Made by a program: the position numbers and the translations under genes
NCBI GenBank assembly: GCA_016432485.1
Contig: CP066691.1
Location: 217,294 to 281,293, forward strand
Direction of reading: 5' to 3'
From: Candidatus Niyogibacteria bacterium
GTDB taxonomy: Bacteria > Patescibacteriota > Minisyncoccia > HO2-45-28
DNA: 64,000 nucleotides
Part shown: one piece after another, positions 1 through 10,316 of the stretch
Layout: each line of letters opens with the position of its first letter
How positions within the stretch are numbered: the first letter of the stretch is position 1
The notes under the pieces: model-generated
Database searches by the model: none
What the model saw: only the letters and a program-made list of their open reading frames with translations
Told to the model about the DNA's origin: nothing

Positions 1-43
1 CTAGTCCGCCAGCTGGCGGACGGATTCCTGGTGGGCGGACACT

Positions 44-1123
44 TTATAACCCCTCTTTTTTCAATTCCTCAATAATTTCTCTGGCTTTTTTGGATAATTT
101 TTTGGGATTTTTGACTTTAACTCTGAAAAGCAAATCCCCTCTTCCTCCTCTTTGTTTAGGCACGCCGCGGCCGCGGACTCTTAAAATATTTTCAGAATCA
201 ACACCGGCAGGAATTTCTATTTTTATTTTTCCATCCAAGGCCTCTATCTCTTTTTTTGAACCAAGCAAAGCGTCGGTCAAAGAAACATCAACATCCGCCA
301 GCAAATTATCACCTTCGCGCCTGAATCTTTTGTGCGGTTCAACCTGAACTTTTACGTAAAGATCGCCCGACAAACCGTTTTGTTTAGCCTCGCCCGCGCC
401 GGTTATTCTTATCATTTCACCGTTATTTATGCCGGCCGGGACCGCGATTTCTATCTCGTCTTGCCTGCGGACTATACCCGCGCCTCCGCAGGTCTTGCAC
501 GGATTTTTAAACACCTCGCCGCGGCCGCGGCATTTCGGACATTCGGAAAGACTGGTAAAAGTTCCGAAGATAGACCTTTTTGTTTCGCGCACGGTTCCTG
601 AACCGGAACAAGTAATACAGCTTGACGCCTCATCGTCTTTTCCTCCGGTTCCGCGGCAAACCTGGCAAGAACTTTTTTTGGTCAAAAGAATTTTTCGCGT
701 CGTCCCAAAAATGGCGTCATGAAAAGGCAAAATAATATCAATTGAAATATCCCTCCCTCTTGACTGTCTCTGACGTCCCGAAAAATCGAAACCAAAAAAA
801 TTTTCAAAAATGTCGGCGAAGTCTCCTCCGACAGCGCCATTAAAACCGCCTCCGAAGTTTTTCCAGATTTCTTCAAAACCAAAATCACCCCTGCCTTGAA
901 ATCCTCCGGCTCCTCCCCCGGGAAAAGAGCCGAATTGGTCATATTCTTCTCTGCGCCGGTCGTCGCCCAGAACATAATAAGCTTCGTTTATATGCTTGAA
1001 TTCGGCATCACTCCCGCCGTTTTTATCCGGATGGTACTTATGAGCGAGGCGCCTATAGGCCTTTTTAATCTCTTCTTTTTCGGCGCCTTTTTCAACGCCA
1101 AGAACCTTATAATAATCTTTCAT
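44..1123 (-). CDS. dnaJ: Molecular chaperone DnaJ (J-domain, G/F-rich linker, four CxxCxG zinc-finger repeats)
   Basis: N-term [10 protein letters not shown]...HPDKN J-domain motif; CxxCxGxG repeats; immediately downstream of dnaK. Confidence 0.95.
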   Translation of the reverse strand: MKDYYKVLGVEKGAEKEEIKKAYRRLAHKYHPDKNGGSDAEFKHINEAYYVLGDDRRREEYDQFGSFPGGGAGGFQGRGDFGFEEIWKNFGGGFNGAVGGDFADIFENFFGFDFSGRQRQSRGRDISIDIILPFHDAIFGTTRKILLTKKSSCQVCRGTGGKDDEASSCITCSGSGTVRETKRSIFGTFTSLSECPKCRGRGEVFKNPCKTCGGAGIVRRQDEIEIAVPAGINNGEMIRITGAGEAKQNGLSGDLYVKVQVEPHKRFRREGDNLLADVDVSLTDALLGSKKEIEALDGKIKIEIPAGVDSENILRVRGRGVPKQRGGRGDLLFRVKVKNPKKLSKKAREIIEELKKEGL

Positions 1124-1136
1124 CTTAATTTAAAAT

Positions 1137-3047
1137 TTAGGGTTTAGAATTTTTGTCATCCACATTCTCGTGTTTAACGTCTTTCGTTTCGCCGTTATCG
1201 CCGTCTTTCTTGGAGTCCTCTTTTGGTTGGGCTTTATAAATGGCCTCTCCTATTTTTGAAAGCGAGCGCGATAATTCTTCGCCGGCTTTTTTGATTTCCG
1301 AGGCGTCCAAGCCGGAATCTTTTATTTTCTTGAGATTTTCAACGGCGTCTTCAACGGCTTTCTTTTCCGTTTCGCCAATTTTGTCTCCGGCGTCCCGCAC
1401 GGCCTTTTCGGCCGTGTAAATAAGAGCGTCGGCCGCGTTTCTGGAATCAATCAATTCCCTTTTTTTGCGGTCCTCGGCGGCATGGAGTTCGGCGTCTTTT
1501 TTCATCCGTTCAATGTCGTCTTTGGCCAGGCCCGAAGAGGCCTCAATGCGGATGGATTGCTCTTTGCCCGTGGCTTTATCTTTGGCTTTAACGTTCAAAA
1601 TGCCGTTGGCGTCAATGTCAAAAGACACTTCAACTTGTGGCAAACCCCTGGGCGCGGGCGCAATGCCATCAAGAATGAACTTGCCAAGAGTCTTATTATC
1701 TTGAGCCATTTCGCGCTCCCCCTGCAAAACATGAATTTCTACTTGCGTCTGGTTGTCGGCGGCGGTTGAAAAAACCTGTGAGCGCGAAACCGGAATCGTG
1801 GTATTTTTTTCTATTATTTTGGTTGAAACTCCGCCCAAAGTTTCTATTCCCAAAGAAAGCGGAGTTACGTCCAAAAGCAAAACGTCCTTGACATCACCCT
1901 GCAATATCCCTCCTTGCGCCGCAGCTCCTGCCGCTACGACTTCATCAGGATTTATAGTCTTATTGGCCTCTTTCCCGAAAAGATTTTTTACGGCTTCCTG
2001 CATCGCGGGCATCCGCGTCTGTCCTCCCACCAAAACAATCTCGTTGATATCCGAAAGTTTAAGGCCGGCGGCTTCAATGGCCCTTCGCGTAATTTCAATG
2101 GATTTGTTTATGTATTCTACGACTAGTGATTCAAGCTTTGCCCTGCTGAATTTCAAAAGAAGATGTTTGGGGCCAGCTGAGTCCGAAGTGATAAAAGGAA
2201 TATTAATTTCGGTTTCGGCTGTACTTGAAAGTTCGTGTTTTGCTTTTTCGGCTGCCTCCCTAAGCCGCTGCAAAGCCAGAGTGTCTTTGGCAATATCTAT
2301 CCCCGAATCTTTCTTAAACTCGCTGATAATCCAGGAAATTATTTTTTGGTCAAAATCGTCCCCTCCCAAATGGGTATCGCCGTCCGTGGCTCGAACTTCA
2401 ATGGTATTATCCCCTATTTCAAGAACCGAGACGTCAAAAGTTCCGCCGCCAAAATCATAGACAACGATTTTTTCGTCCTTTTTCCGATTGAGGCCGTAGG
2501 CCAGCGCGGCGGCCGTCGGCTCATTCAAAATCCGGCGGACCTTGAATCCGGCTATTTCACCGGCGTCTTTAGTGGCTTTGCGCTGCGAATCGTCAAAATA
2601 CGCCGGAACCGTGATTATGGCTTCATCTATTTTTTCTCCGAGTTTGGCTTCGGCATCCGACTTAAGTTTAGCCAAAACCATTGCCGAAATTTCCTCGGGC
2701 CTGAACCATTTTTCTTCTCCGGAAGATGCGGACATTTTAACCTCAACTCCGCCGTTGGCTGATTCGCGTAATTCGTAGGGTAGGAGAGCTTTATCATGCC
2801 GAACCTCTTCATCCTTGAATTTCCTCCCTATCAGGCGCTTTACCGAAAAAATTGTATTTTTAGGGTTGGTTACGGACTGCCGTTTGGCCAAAAGACCCGC
2901 CAAACGATCACCGGTTTTGGAAATCGCGACAATTGACGGCGTGGTCCTGTTGCCCTCCGAGTTTTCTATGATTCTGGGTTCTCCGGCTTCAACAAAAGCC
3001 ATAGCCGAATTAGTAGTGCCCAAATCTATGCCTAAAATTTTTGCCAT
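1137..3047 (-). CDS. dnaK: Hsp70 chaperone DnaK
   Basis: [20 protein letters not shown]..., DLGGGTFD, C-terminal lid with EEVD-like acidic tail; 636 aa. Confidence 0.97.
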   Translation of the reverse strand: MAKILGIDLGTTNSAMAFVEAGEPRIIENSEGNRTTPSIVAISKTGDRLAGLLAKRQSVTNPKNTIFSVKRLIGRKFKDEEVRHDKALLPYELRESANGGVEVKMSASSGEEKWFRPEEISAMVLAKLKSDAEAKLGEKIDEAIITVPAYFDDSQRKATKDAGEIAGFKVRRILNEPTAAALAYGLNRKKDEKIVVYDFGGGTFDVSVLEIGDNTIEVRATDGDTHLGGDDFDQKIISWIISEFKKDSGIDIAKDTLALQRLREAAEKAKHELSSTAETEINIPFITSDSAGPKHLLLKFSRAKLESLVVEYINKSIEITRRAIEAAGLKLSDINEIVLVGGQTRMPAMQEAVKNLFGKEANKTINPDEVVAAGAAAQGGILQGDVKDVLLLDVTPLSLGIETLGGVSTKIIEKNTTIPVSRSQVFSTAADNQTQVEIHVLQGEREMAQDNKTLGKFILDGIAPAPRGLPQVEVSFDIDANGILNVKAKDKATGKEQSIRIEASSGLAKDDIERMKKDAELHAAEDRKKRELIDSRNAADALIYTAEKAVRDAGDKIGETEKKAVEDAVENLKKIKDSGLDASEIKKAGEELSRSLSKIGEAIYKAQPKEDSKKDGDNGETKDVKHENVDDKNSKP

Positions 3048-3068
3048 AATAATTTTTATTTTTAAATT

Positions 3069-3611
3069 TTATTTTTTAACTTGAAACTTTCCTATTTTAA
3101 CTTTAGCCGGCCTTAAAATCTTATCATGAATTTTATATCCCTTTTGAACAACCCGCAAAACAATTTGGTCCTTATCTTTGTCCAAAACTTCTTCTTCGGC
3201 AACGCTTTCGTGCTCGGCCGGATTGAAAATTTCGTCTTCAACTTCCAGCTCTCTGACGCCGCAGCCGCGCATTATCTGCAAAAGCTGATTACGGATATGG
3301 CGCAAACCATCTTTCCACCCGTCTTCCGGACCAGGTTCGGCCAAAGCTTTTTCAAAACTGTCCAAAACGTTAAGCATTTCGTATAAAAGCATGCTGTTGG
3401 CGTATTTTACGATATCCTCTCCGGCTTTTTCCTCATCCTTGCGGCTGTTTATCAAGTCGGCCTTGGCTCTTTGCCATCCGGCAAGGAATTCGGCGGAATT
3501 TTTACGGCATTCTTTCAGTTCATCTTTTAATTTCTTAACTTTGTTTTCGGCTTCGGGCCCAAATTCTTCTTCAATGATTTCCGGATCAATATTTTCTTCG
3601 TTTTTTTTCAT
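3069..3611 (-). CDS. grpE: Nucleotide exchange factor GrpE
   Basis: 180 aa coiled-coil N-terminus plus C-terminal GrpE-like beta domain; sits between hrcA and dnaK. Confidence 0.85.
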   Translation of the reverse strand: MKKNEENIDPEIIEEEFGPEAENKVKKLKDELKECRKNSAEFLAGWQRAKADLINSRKDEEKAGEDIVKYANSMLLYEMLNVLDSFEKALAEPGPEDGWKDGLRHIRNQLLQIMRGCGVRELEVEDEIFNPAEHESVAEEEVLDKDKDQIVLRVVQKGYKIHDKILRPAKVKIGKFQVKK

Positions 3612-3615
3612 TTAT

Positions 3616-4323
3616 TTAAAATTCATCCAAAAAATAATTTATGTAATTGGAAACTCTTTCATAATTCATTCTTTTGGGGCCTATCAGCAAAATTGTCTGC
3701 CGCCGGCCGCCCCTTCGCGAATCCAGATAACAGACGCCGAATTCCTGGCTATGACTTATCGGATTCTCGCGGCCGATAAAAACTTCACGATTATTTCCGG
3801 CCCGCGCGCGATAAAGACTCATTATATCTTCAACGTTATCAATAAGATAACCGGCATCACGCACCGATTCGTTATTTTGAAACTCAGGCTCTTTAAGTAA
3901 ATTTGAAAATCCGCATCCCTCAAAATGTTTATCATCGTCGGAAAGTAAACTCAAAAGGCGGAGTGATTCGGAAAAAACGCGCCCGATATTTTCATTTTCG
4001 CGCAATGCCGCCTGCCGTATTCTTGAAGCAACATTGATATTAAGATCGTGCTCGGACATTAAATTATCCACGAAGTAACGATAAGCTTTATCGGTCGGGA
4101 TGCGTCCGGATGAAATGTGGGGCTGTTCAAAAAAACCGTCTTCGTCCAAATCAGCCACGATATTGCGTATGGTGGCCGGACTTTCTTTAAGATTCATTCC
4201 TTCGCGTATGCGCAAAGACGAAACAGGCTCGGCCGTCTTTATGAAATCGCGAACAAGAAAATCCAGAATTCTGCTTTCTCGTTCATTAAGCAATATATCC
4301 GGCATATAATCTCCATTATACAA
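3616..4323 (-). CDS. hrcA: Heat-inducible transcription repressor HrcA
   Basis: 235 aa, N-terminal wHTH, first gene of hrcA-grpE-dnaK-dnaJ; perfect CIRCE operator directly upstream. Confidence 0.85.
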   Translation of the reverse strand: MYNGDYMPDILLNERESRILDFLVRDFIKTAEPVSSLRIREGMNLKESPATIRNIVADLDEDGFFEQPHISSGRIPTDKAYRYFVDNLMSEHDLNINVASRIRQAALRENENIGRVFSESLRLLSLLSDDDKHFEGCGFSNLLKEPEFQNNESVRDAGYLIDNVEDIMSLYRARAGNNREVFIGRENPISHSQEFGVCYLDSRRGGRRQTILLIGPKRMNYERVSNYINYFLDEF

Positions 4324-4351
4324 ATTAGCACTCTTATGTCAAGAGTGCTAA
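4315..4351 (-). promoter_or_regulatory. hrcA sigma70 promoter overlapping the CIRCE operator. On the minus strand: TTAGCACTC-ttgacataa-GAGTGCTAA, then 16 nt, then TATAAT, then the RBS GGAGATTAT and ATG
   Basis: CIRCE consensus TTAGCACTC-N9-GAGTGCTAA is perfect at 4325-4351. The -35 TTGACA lies inside the CIRCE spacer (fwd 4337-4342) and the -10 TATAAT at fwd 4315-4320. Confidence 0.9.
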
Positions 4352-4447
4352 CCGGAGTTAATCTCCTTCTTCAGACAACTGCGTTAACAAAAGCCGAATT
4401 GCAATGAGTCTCGCCCCGTTAGATAAGAAGTTATCTAATGGGGTCAA

Positions 4448-4456
4448 GAGTGCTAA
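4448..4456. promoter_or_regulatory. Isolated CIRCE half-site GAGTGCTAA, ~100 bp from the full CIRCE and just upstream of the -35 of the divergent plus-strand gene
   Basis: Exact 9-mer GAGTGCTAA preceded by gtcaa, as in the full site. Confidence 0.4.
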
Positions 4457-4529
4457 AATCTTTACTTTTATCGCATTTCTTGATATAATCTTCCCAGATT
4501 GATTTTCATTCAGAAGGAGGGCATTCCCC

Positions 4530-4970
4530 TTGAATAAGTACTGGACGAAAAGGGATGTATCGAAAGCAAAATCAGCCGAAACATTTGAGAAGCTCGCCGA
4601 AGTTGCTTTAAGAATAATTGACCGAATGCCCCAACCGGCTGAAATGGTCTGCGGCCCCCTGACCTCGGGCGGACTCGGGTCTTTAACAAAAAATACAAAA
4701 GCGCTCCGAAAATACATAAAAAAACTGGCCTCGGAAGGAAGAATCGTGTTCGATCAATTGCCTTTTGAGCCGCACCTGCATCGTATTGCCAAATCAGCGC
4801 GCCGCGAAGATGAAAACCGTCTGCTTGAAAAATTTTACGGCTCTATTTTCAAATCCGGAAAAGTAAAAAAACTTGATTTCATTCCGGGCTGGCAAAGTTC
4901 GGCTGGCGCGACATGGGAAAGAAAAATGGCCAAAAAGCTAAAAATAAAAACAGAGGACATAAAACCTTAA
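4530..4970 (+). CDS. Hypothetical protein (146 aa), TTG start
   Basis: RBS GAAGGAGG 8 nt upstream of TTG; extended -10 TGATATAAT at 4481-4489; followed by a hairpin terminator; no family recognised. Confidence 0.6.
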   Translation: MNKYWTKRDVSKAKSAETFEKLAEVALRIIDRMPQPAEMVCGPLTSGGLGSLTKNTKALRKYIKKLASEGRIVFDQLPFEPHLHRIAKSARREDENRLLEKFYGSIFKSGKVKKLDFIPGWQSSAGATWERKMAKKLKIKTEDIKP

Positions 4971-4971
4971 A

Positions 4972-5001
4972 CCCTCCGCCATGCGGAGGGTTTTGCGTTT
5001 T
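4972..5001. terminator. Rho-independent terminator (CCCTCCGC-catg-CGGAGGG then TTTTGCGTTTT), probably bidirectional, between the 4530 gene and rpsI
   Basis: 8-bp GC stem followed by a T-run. Confidence 0.7.
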
Positions 5002-5013
5002 ATCGGCCGCGAA

Positions 5014-5487
5014 TTATCGTTTGCTCCACTGCGGCGCTTTACGGGCTTTCTTCAGTCCGAATTTACGGCGTTCTTTCATCCGGGGGTCGCGCTTCAAAAA
5101 ACCAACCCTCTTAAGCTTCTTCTTTAACTCGGCGTCTTGCAGAACCAGAGCCCGCGCGAGAGCGTGCCTTACGGCTTCGGCTTGCGAATGCGAACCGCCT
5201 CCGAACACTTTTACCGAAGCGGAAAGAGAGCCGTCAAGTTTGGTTTTCTTAAAAGGATCTTCAACTATCCGCCGTGTCTCTTCCGTGGGAAAATAGCTCT
5301 GCAAATCTCGGTCGTTTATTTTTATCTCGCCTCTGCCCGAAAAAACGCGGGCTCTTGCCGTTGAAGTTTTCCTGCGGCCCACGGCTTCGGTGTATCGCCC
5401 GGCTTTAATAACCGGAGCTGTTTCGGCCGTCTTTTTTATGGCGGTCTTTTTTCCAATTTTTGCGATTTTTGCTTTTTTTACCGGCAT
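5014..5487 (-). CDS. rpsI: 30S ribosomal protein S9 with a basic N-terminal extension
   Basis: C-terminal ...GGGSHSQAEAVRHALARAL...RDPRMKERRKFGLKKARKAPQWSKR. Confidence 0.93.
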   Translation of the reverse strand: MPVKKAKIAKIGKKTAIKKTAETAPVIKAGRYTEAVGRRKTSTARARVFSGRGEIKINDRDLQSYFPTEETRRIVEDPFKKTKLDGSLSASVKVFGGGSHSQAEAVRHALARALVLQDAELKKKLKRVGFLKRDPRMKERRKFGLKKARKAPQWSKR

Positions 5488-5849
5488 TATGAAAAAATAA
5501 TATTTTTTATAAAATCTCTGCGTAATTTGTTATTCGGCAACATGCCCTTAACCGCTTTGATAAAAACTTCTTTGGGATTTTTTTTATAAAGTTCGCCGAG
5601 CGTAATTTTCTTAAGGCCCGACGGATAACCGCTGTAGCGTTTATACGATTTTTGGCCCGCTTTCTTATCGCTTATCCTTAGTTGATCCAGATTTTTTATT
5701 TCAATCTTAATTTTTGCTTTCTTATTGGGTGCAAAGTCCGCGCTGTTTTTCCCTCTCAAGGCCGCGGCAACGGCTGAAGACGCGCGTCCCAAGGACGCAC
5801 CTTTTAAATCTATAACAACTACTTTTTGGCTGTTTTTTGTCTCGGGCAT
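5487..5849 (-). CDS. rplM: 50S ribosomal protein L13
   Basis: 120 aa L13 fold; directly upstream of rpsI, the conserved rplM-rpsI pair. Confidence 0.9.
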   Translation of the reverse strand: MPETKNSQKVVVIDLKGASLGRASSAVAAALRGKNSADFAPNKKAKIKIEIKNLDQLRISDKKAGQKSYKRYSGYPSGLKKITLGELYKKNPKEVFIKAVKGMLPNNKLRRDFIKNIIFS

Positions 5850-5855
5850 ATTTAT

Positions 5856-6203
5856 TTATTTTACAAATTCCAAAATCGCCATCTCGGCTTTATCATGTTC
5901 CCTGCGTCTGGTACGCGTAATTCTGGTATATCCGCCGCGGCGATTTTTAAATGCCTGCGAGATTTCCAAAATTTTAGAGGTCTGGGACGGCGTAAGCCAA
6001 AACATTATTTCGCGCCGCTTGGACAGTCCCCCTTTTTTCGCTTTGGTCACCAGTTTTTCGGCCAATGACCCCACCGTTTTCGCTCTGGCTAAAGTGGTTT
6101 CTATTTTGCCGCGTTCAACGAAAGAACGCAACACCGACTTTAAAAAAGCCTTGCGCGTTTTTCTCACTCGTCCGAATTTCCTGCCTTTTTTACGATGACG
6201 CAT
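5856..6203 (-). CDS. rplQ: 50S ribosomal protein L17
   Basis: MRHRKKGRKFGR...; follows rpoA. Confidence 0.92.
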   Translation of the reverse strand: MRHRKKGRKFGRVRKTRKAFLKSVLRSFVERGKIETTLARAKTVGSLAEKLVTKAKKGGLSKRREIMFWLTPSQTSKILEISQAFKNRRGGYTRITRTRRREHDKAEMAILEFVK

Positions 6204-6227
6204 GCAAATTTTTTTAAATTCCTTAAC

Positions 6228-7202
6228 TTAATCCTTAAGAGTTAGTCCCAACTTGCCAACCGCCCTTTTTATCTCGGTCAAAGCCTTTTCGCCTATGCCT
6301 TCTAAACTCATCAGGTCGCGGGATGTTCTGCGCACCAAACCGCCAACGGTTCTTATGCTGGCTTCCGTTAGCGCCTTGGTTATGCGCTCGGACAAATCCA
6401 AATCTTCAATCCGGACTTTATTTCTGTCTTCCCCTGCAACTTCGCTTTCCGAAAGCTCCGCCTCTTTTTTCGGCTGTTCATCCGCCACTTTTTCAATTTC
6501 TTCTTCCGGCTCTTTAAAACCAACAATGGCTTTCAGCTGGTTAATCATAATTTTAATAGCTTCCTCCAGAGCCAGGCGAGGAACAATGGTGCCATCCGTC
6601 TGAATGGAAAGACGCAGACGATTAAAATCGGTGCGATCTCCCACGCGCATATTTTCCACCTCGTAATTTACCCGGCGAATTGGAGTAAAAACGGCATCCA
6701 GCACAACTTCGCCGACTTCGGCCTTTTCTTTCTGCAAAACATCTCTGGGCACATAGCCCAAGCCCCTTTCAACGATTAATTCCATTTCAAGCGCGGCGCT
6801 TTTGTCAGTAAGAGTAGCTATAATCTGGTCGGGGTTCGCAATTTCAATTTGCCCGGGCAAATCCAAGTCCTCGGCCTTAATAATTTTGGCCCCCTTGGTT
6901 TTTAATTTAACGGTTTGAGTTTCATCGGTAGCCATTCTGAAACGAAGCTTCTTAAGATTGAGCAAAATGGCGATAACATCTTCTTTTACGCCGGGAATGG
7001 TTGAAAATTCATGCGCCACACCCTCAATTTTTACTTTGGTAACCGCGGCTCCGGGCAGAGAAGACAAAAGAATGCGCCGCAAACTATTGCCTAAAGTATG
7101 GCCGTACCCGGGGTAAAGGCCGTCAATTTCATAAACGCCCTTGTCGGACGATTCCTCCGAAACTATTCTGGGCTTTGATGGCAAAACGATTGAAACTTCC
7201 AT
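6228..7202 (-). CDS. rpoA: DNA-directed RNA polymerase subunit alpha
   Basis: 324 aa with N-terminal dimerisation domain and C-terminal alpha-CTD; position between rpsD and rplQ. Confidence 0.93.
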   Translation of the reverse strand: MEVSIVLPSKPRIVSEESSDKGVYEIDGLYPGYGHTLGNSLRRILLSSLPGAAVTKVKIEGVAHEFSTIPGVKEDVIAILLNLKKLRFRMATDETQTVKLKTKGAKIIKAEDLDLPGQIEIANPDQIIATLTDKSAALEMELIVERGLGYVPRDVLQKEKAEVGEVVLDAVFTPIRRVNYEVENMRVGDRTDFNRLRLSIQTDGTIVPRLALEEAIKIMINQLKAIVGFKEPEEEIEKVADEQPKKEAELSESEVAGEDRNKVRIEDLDLSERITKALTEASIRTVGGLVRRTSRDLMSLEGIGEKALTEIKRAVGKLGLTLKD

Positions 7203-7228
7203 AAAATTATTTTATTTTATAATTTTTA

Positions 7229-7852
7229 TTAACGCGAATAAAATTCAATAACCGAGTTGAGGTTTGCGCCGGTATCAACCTCAGCGCTTGACGGCAGGGC
7301 GACTATTCGGCCTTCACGTTTGCCCTGATCCAAAGAAAGCCATGACGGAATCTGAGATTTTTTCAAACGCAAATCCAAATCGCGGAAAATGCCCCGGTCC
7401 AGACTTTGAGGCCTCAAGGACACGATTTTCCCGACCTTGAGCTGGCGAGAAGGAATTGTTGTCCTTTTGCCGTCAACTAAAATATGGCCGTGCCCGACCA
7501 TCTGGCGTGCGGCGTTTCTTGATGTCGCAAAGCCGAGGCGATAAACCACATTATCCAGCCTTGTTTCCAAAAGTTCAATGATGCGCCTTGAAGTTTCGGC
7601 GCTTTTGGCGGCAATAGCTTTTGAAACCAGATTTCCGAACTGCTTTTCCCTCAAACCGTACAGAAATTTAACCTTCTGCTTTTCTTTAAGCTGACTGCCG
7701 TATTCCGAAGACGCCGAACGCCTGCGCGAGCCGGCCTTTGAACGTCCATGCACTCCCGGCGGATAAGGTTTTCGCTTTAAAGCGCAATTTTGGCGGCCGC
7801 AAACTGAAAATCCAAGCCTACGGCATATTTTACAAGTAATTCTAGAAGTCAT
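7229..7852 (-). CDS. rpsD: 30S ribosomal protein S4 (zinc-ribbon form)
   Basis: CKICRRLGFSVCGRQNC... plus S4 domain. Confidence 0.93.
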   Translation of the reverse strand: MTSRITCKICRRLGFSVCGRQNCALKRKPYPPGVHGRSKAGSRRRSASSEYGSQLKEKQKVKFLYGLREKQFGNLVSKAIAAKSAETSRRIIELLETRLDNVVYRLGFATSRNAARQMVGHGHILVDGKRTTIPSRQLKVGKIVSLRPQSLDRGIFRDLDLRLKKSQIPSWLSLDQGKREGRIVALPSSAEVDTGANLNSVIEFYSR

Positions 7853-8283
7853 ACTCGCCTTGGTTTAGGGGGTCTGGGACCGTTATGAGGAATCGGCGTC
7901 ACATCTCTAATGACGTCTAAGTTTATATTTTGGCCCAAAAAAGAGCGAACCGCGGATTCTCTGCCGGCACCAACTCCTTTAACATTTATATTTACGCTTT
8001 TTAAACCTATCATCTTTGCCTTTTCAGCTACAAGCTCGGCGACTTTGGAAGCCGCATAAGGAGTGCCCTTTCTGGCGCCCTTAAAACCTAAAGACCCGCT
8101 TGATGCCCATATAATCGCGTTTCCTTTTTCATCAGTAAGCGTCAGCATGGTGTTATTATAGGTCGCCTGGATATTTAAAACTCCCTTTTCCAGCTTTTTT
8201 TTGGGCAAACGCCCCACGGCGCGAGCCCTTAACTCGTGGTCCACTCCTCCGGTTGTCTTTTTTATAACTCGTTTTTTTCCCAT
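7849..8283 (-). CDS. rpsK: 30S ribosomal protein S11
   Basis: 144 aa S11; 4-nt overlap with rpsD. Confidence 0.93.
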   Translation of the reverse strand: MGKKRVIKKTTGGVDHELRARAVGRLPKKKLEKGVLNIQATYNNTMLTLTDEKGNAIIWASSGSLGFKGARKGTPYAASKVAELVAEKAKMIGLKSVNINVKGVGAGRESAVRSFLGQNINLDVIRDVTPIPHNGPRPPKPRRV

Positions 8284-8289
8284 GTTCTC

Positions 8290-8676
8290 TTATTTCTTCT
8301 CAACCTTGCGTTTTCCGCTAATGGCCGTGCGACGGACATTGCCCCTTCTGGTTCGCGAATTAGTGCGCGTCCTTTGACCGCGAACCGGCAAATTTTTGGA
8401 ATGGCGCATCCCGCGATAACTTTTAATGTCTTTGAGACGTTTTATGTCCGATGATATTTTACGGCGCAAATCCCCCTCAACCCGATGGGATTTTTCTAGA
8501 ATAGAGCGGATGCGGTTCAGCTCGTCGGCCGTAAGGGCGCCGGCTTGTTTAGCGGGGTCAATCTTGGCCTCATTTAATATCTTTACGGCCAGAGTTTTAC
8601 CGACGCCGTAAATATACGGAAGAGAGAACTCCGCGCGCTTTTTATCTGGTATATTGACCCCAGCTATTCTAACCAT
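8290..8676 (-). CDS. rpsM: 30S ribosomal protein S13
   Basis: MVRIAGVNIPDKKR... Confidence 0.94.
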   Translation of the reverse strand: MVRIAGVNIPDKKRAEFSLPYIYGVGKTLAVKILNEAKIDPAKQAGALTADELNRIRSILEKSHRVEGDLRRKISSDIKRLKDIKSYRGMRHSKNLPVRGQRTRTNSRTRRGNVRRTAISGKRKVEKK

Positions 8677-8683
8677 AAAAAAA

Positions 8684-8797
8684 TCAACCCTGTTTCTGCT
8701 TATGCTTGGGATTTGAACAAATTATGCGCACCCGACCCTTGCGCCTTACAACTTTGCACTTCATACATATTGGTTTAACCGATGCCCTGACTTTCAT
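8684..8797 (-). CDS. rpmJ: 50S ribosomal protein L36 (38 aa: [37 protein letters not shown]). Translated by hand from the sequence; it falls below the cutoff of the ORF track
   Basis: Manual translation of the reverse strand at 8797..8684; C-x2-C...C-x4-H zinc ribbon; ATGA overlap with infA. Confidence 0.92.
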   Translation of the reverse strand: MKVRASVKPICMKCKVVRRKGRVRIICSNPKHKQKQG

Positions 8798-9015
8798 AAT
8801 CTTTGTATTATTCGGCCCCTGGTCTGATCATAAGGGCTTAATTCAAGCTTTACTTTATCGCCAATCAGAACTTTTATTCTGAAATGGCGCATCTTGCCGG
8901 CAAGATATGCCAGCAATACCGGACCGTCATCAAGCTGTACACGGAACATAGTGTCCGGCAAAGCTTCAATAACAGTTCCAAGCTTAATTTCCTTATTTTC
9001 TTTATCTGCGGCCAT
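8794..9015 (-). CDS. infA: Translation initiation factor IF-1
   Basis: 73 aa S1-like OB fold ...[32 protein letters not shown]... Confidence 0.93.
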   Translation of the reverse strand: MAADKENKEIKLGTVIEALPDTMFRVQLDDGPVLLAYLAGKMRHFRIKVLIGDKVKLELSPYDQTRGRIIQRL

Positions 9016-9065
9016 TAAAATATACAGATTCTATCCTAAATCAAAAGAATAATTAAGTCAAGCCT

Positions 9066-10316
9066 TTAATAGGAACCGGATATAAGCACCTTATCGGCTG
9101 TATCCGGAAAAATTCTCCACCAAGACGGCTTATAAAATATTTCCGCCCTTCTTATTTGCGGATAACGCTCAAAAATTTTCAGTCTTTCGGCAGCCCCGGC
9201 GGCCAAAGCCAGCTCTTCGGCCAAACGCGGCGATTCAATATTCCAGACGGCTTTTGCCGAACCGGCCACCGTTAATTTCAACGCCGATGAATTAAAATCC
9301 ACGTTTGCCGCCAAAACTTTCAAGTCTCCAAAATTAGGTATATCAATGCTGTTAAAATCCGGATCGCTTTTATAGCCGTCCAAAATTTTATTTTTAATGT
9401 CGCCTCTGCGGATGAAAATGGCTTTTAAATTGCCTTCAAGCGTCAGTTTAAATTCGTCGGCTTTGGATTTTATCGCCGGTTCAACCGAAACAACTTTTAT
9501 TTCATACTGGTAAGCCCCTTCCGGCACTAAAAATTCACCCGGAATTTCGGATTGCATTTTGGAATAAAGATCGCTTCTTAATTTTTCTTCCATTGTCTTC
9601 TTCAGCGCTTCAACGTCATTTTCAGAAACGACATTGGCTCTTCCCGTAAAACCTCCGGACATGGGCGTTTTGGAACGAGCGTAAAATTTGCCGTATTTAA
9701 GACTGCCGCTAAACCCCGGAACACTGAAATCATTAAGCCCTATATTATATTCTTCGCCAGCCTTATCGGCAAAAACCCGAACTTCCAAAGAACTCGGCTC
9801 TATCTTGCCGTCAATAATTTTCGCGCCCGGAACGACGATTTCTTTCGCTATCCTGTAAATTTTTCCGTCTGTGGATTCAAAACGGGTTTGGGCGACTAAA
9901 ATCTGCGGCTCGGAACTGTAGGCATTATAAATGATAACTAATCCGGAGGCTTTTTCGCTAAAATCTTTGGATTCGGAGGTCAAAGCATTTGACTCGGCAT
10001 GATTTTGAAAAACAACCTTCTCGGCCGGCATTTCTGATCCGGCGCTCCCAGCGGATAAAACGCGATTGACGTCAAAATCTTCGTTTTTCAAAACCACATT
10101 GACTTCGGCTCTGGAAAAAAAGTTAAGCGTCGCCAGAATTGCGGCGTACAAAATAACGAAAGAAACAATAAACTTGAAACGACTGGGCCTTATTTTTATT
10201 GCCTTTCTTTTTACTTCCTCCTTTCTTTTTTCCGGTTTTTCCGGAGGCCTCGCGGAAGTAGCGGCCGGAATAATATCCCGAATAAAATTATTATTTTGCG
10301 GCATAATTTGCGGCAT
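9066..10316 (-). CDS. Hypothetical membrane-anchored protein (416 aa): basic Pro/Lys-rich N-terminus, one TM helix, large extracytoplasmic beta-rich domain. Possibly a PilN/PilO-like or divisome partner of the upstream actin-like ATPase
   Basis: TM segment FIVSFVILYAAILATLNFF; 26-nt overlap with the upstream gene implies co-translation. Confidence 0.5.
   Translation of the reverse strand: MPQIMPQNNNFIRDIIPAATSARPPEKPEKRKEEVKRKAIKIRPSRFKFIVSFVILYAAILATLNFFSRAEVNVVLKNEDFDVNRVLSAGSAGSEMPAEKVVFQNHAESNALTSESKDFSEKASGLVIIYNAYSSEPQILVAQTRFESTDGKIYRIAKEIVVPGAKIIDGKIEPSSLEVRVFADKAGEEYNIGLNDFSVPGFSGSLKYGKFYARSKTPMSGGFTGRANVVSENDVEALKKTMEEKLRSDLYSKMQSEIPGEFLVPEGAYQYEIKVVSVEPAIKSKADEFKLTLEGNLKAIFIRRGDIKNKILDGYKSDPDFNSIDIPNFGDLKVLAANVDFNSSALKLTVAGSAKAVWNIESPRLAEELALAAGAAERLKIFERYPQIRRAEIFYKPSWWRIFPDTADKVLISGSY

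Noticed and set aside
1465-2778. Several 70-235 aa plus-strand ORFs inside dnaK
   Set aside because: They are antisense to a securely identified Hsp70 gene. They are typical GC-skewed shadow frames.
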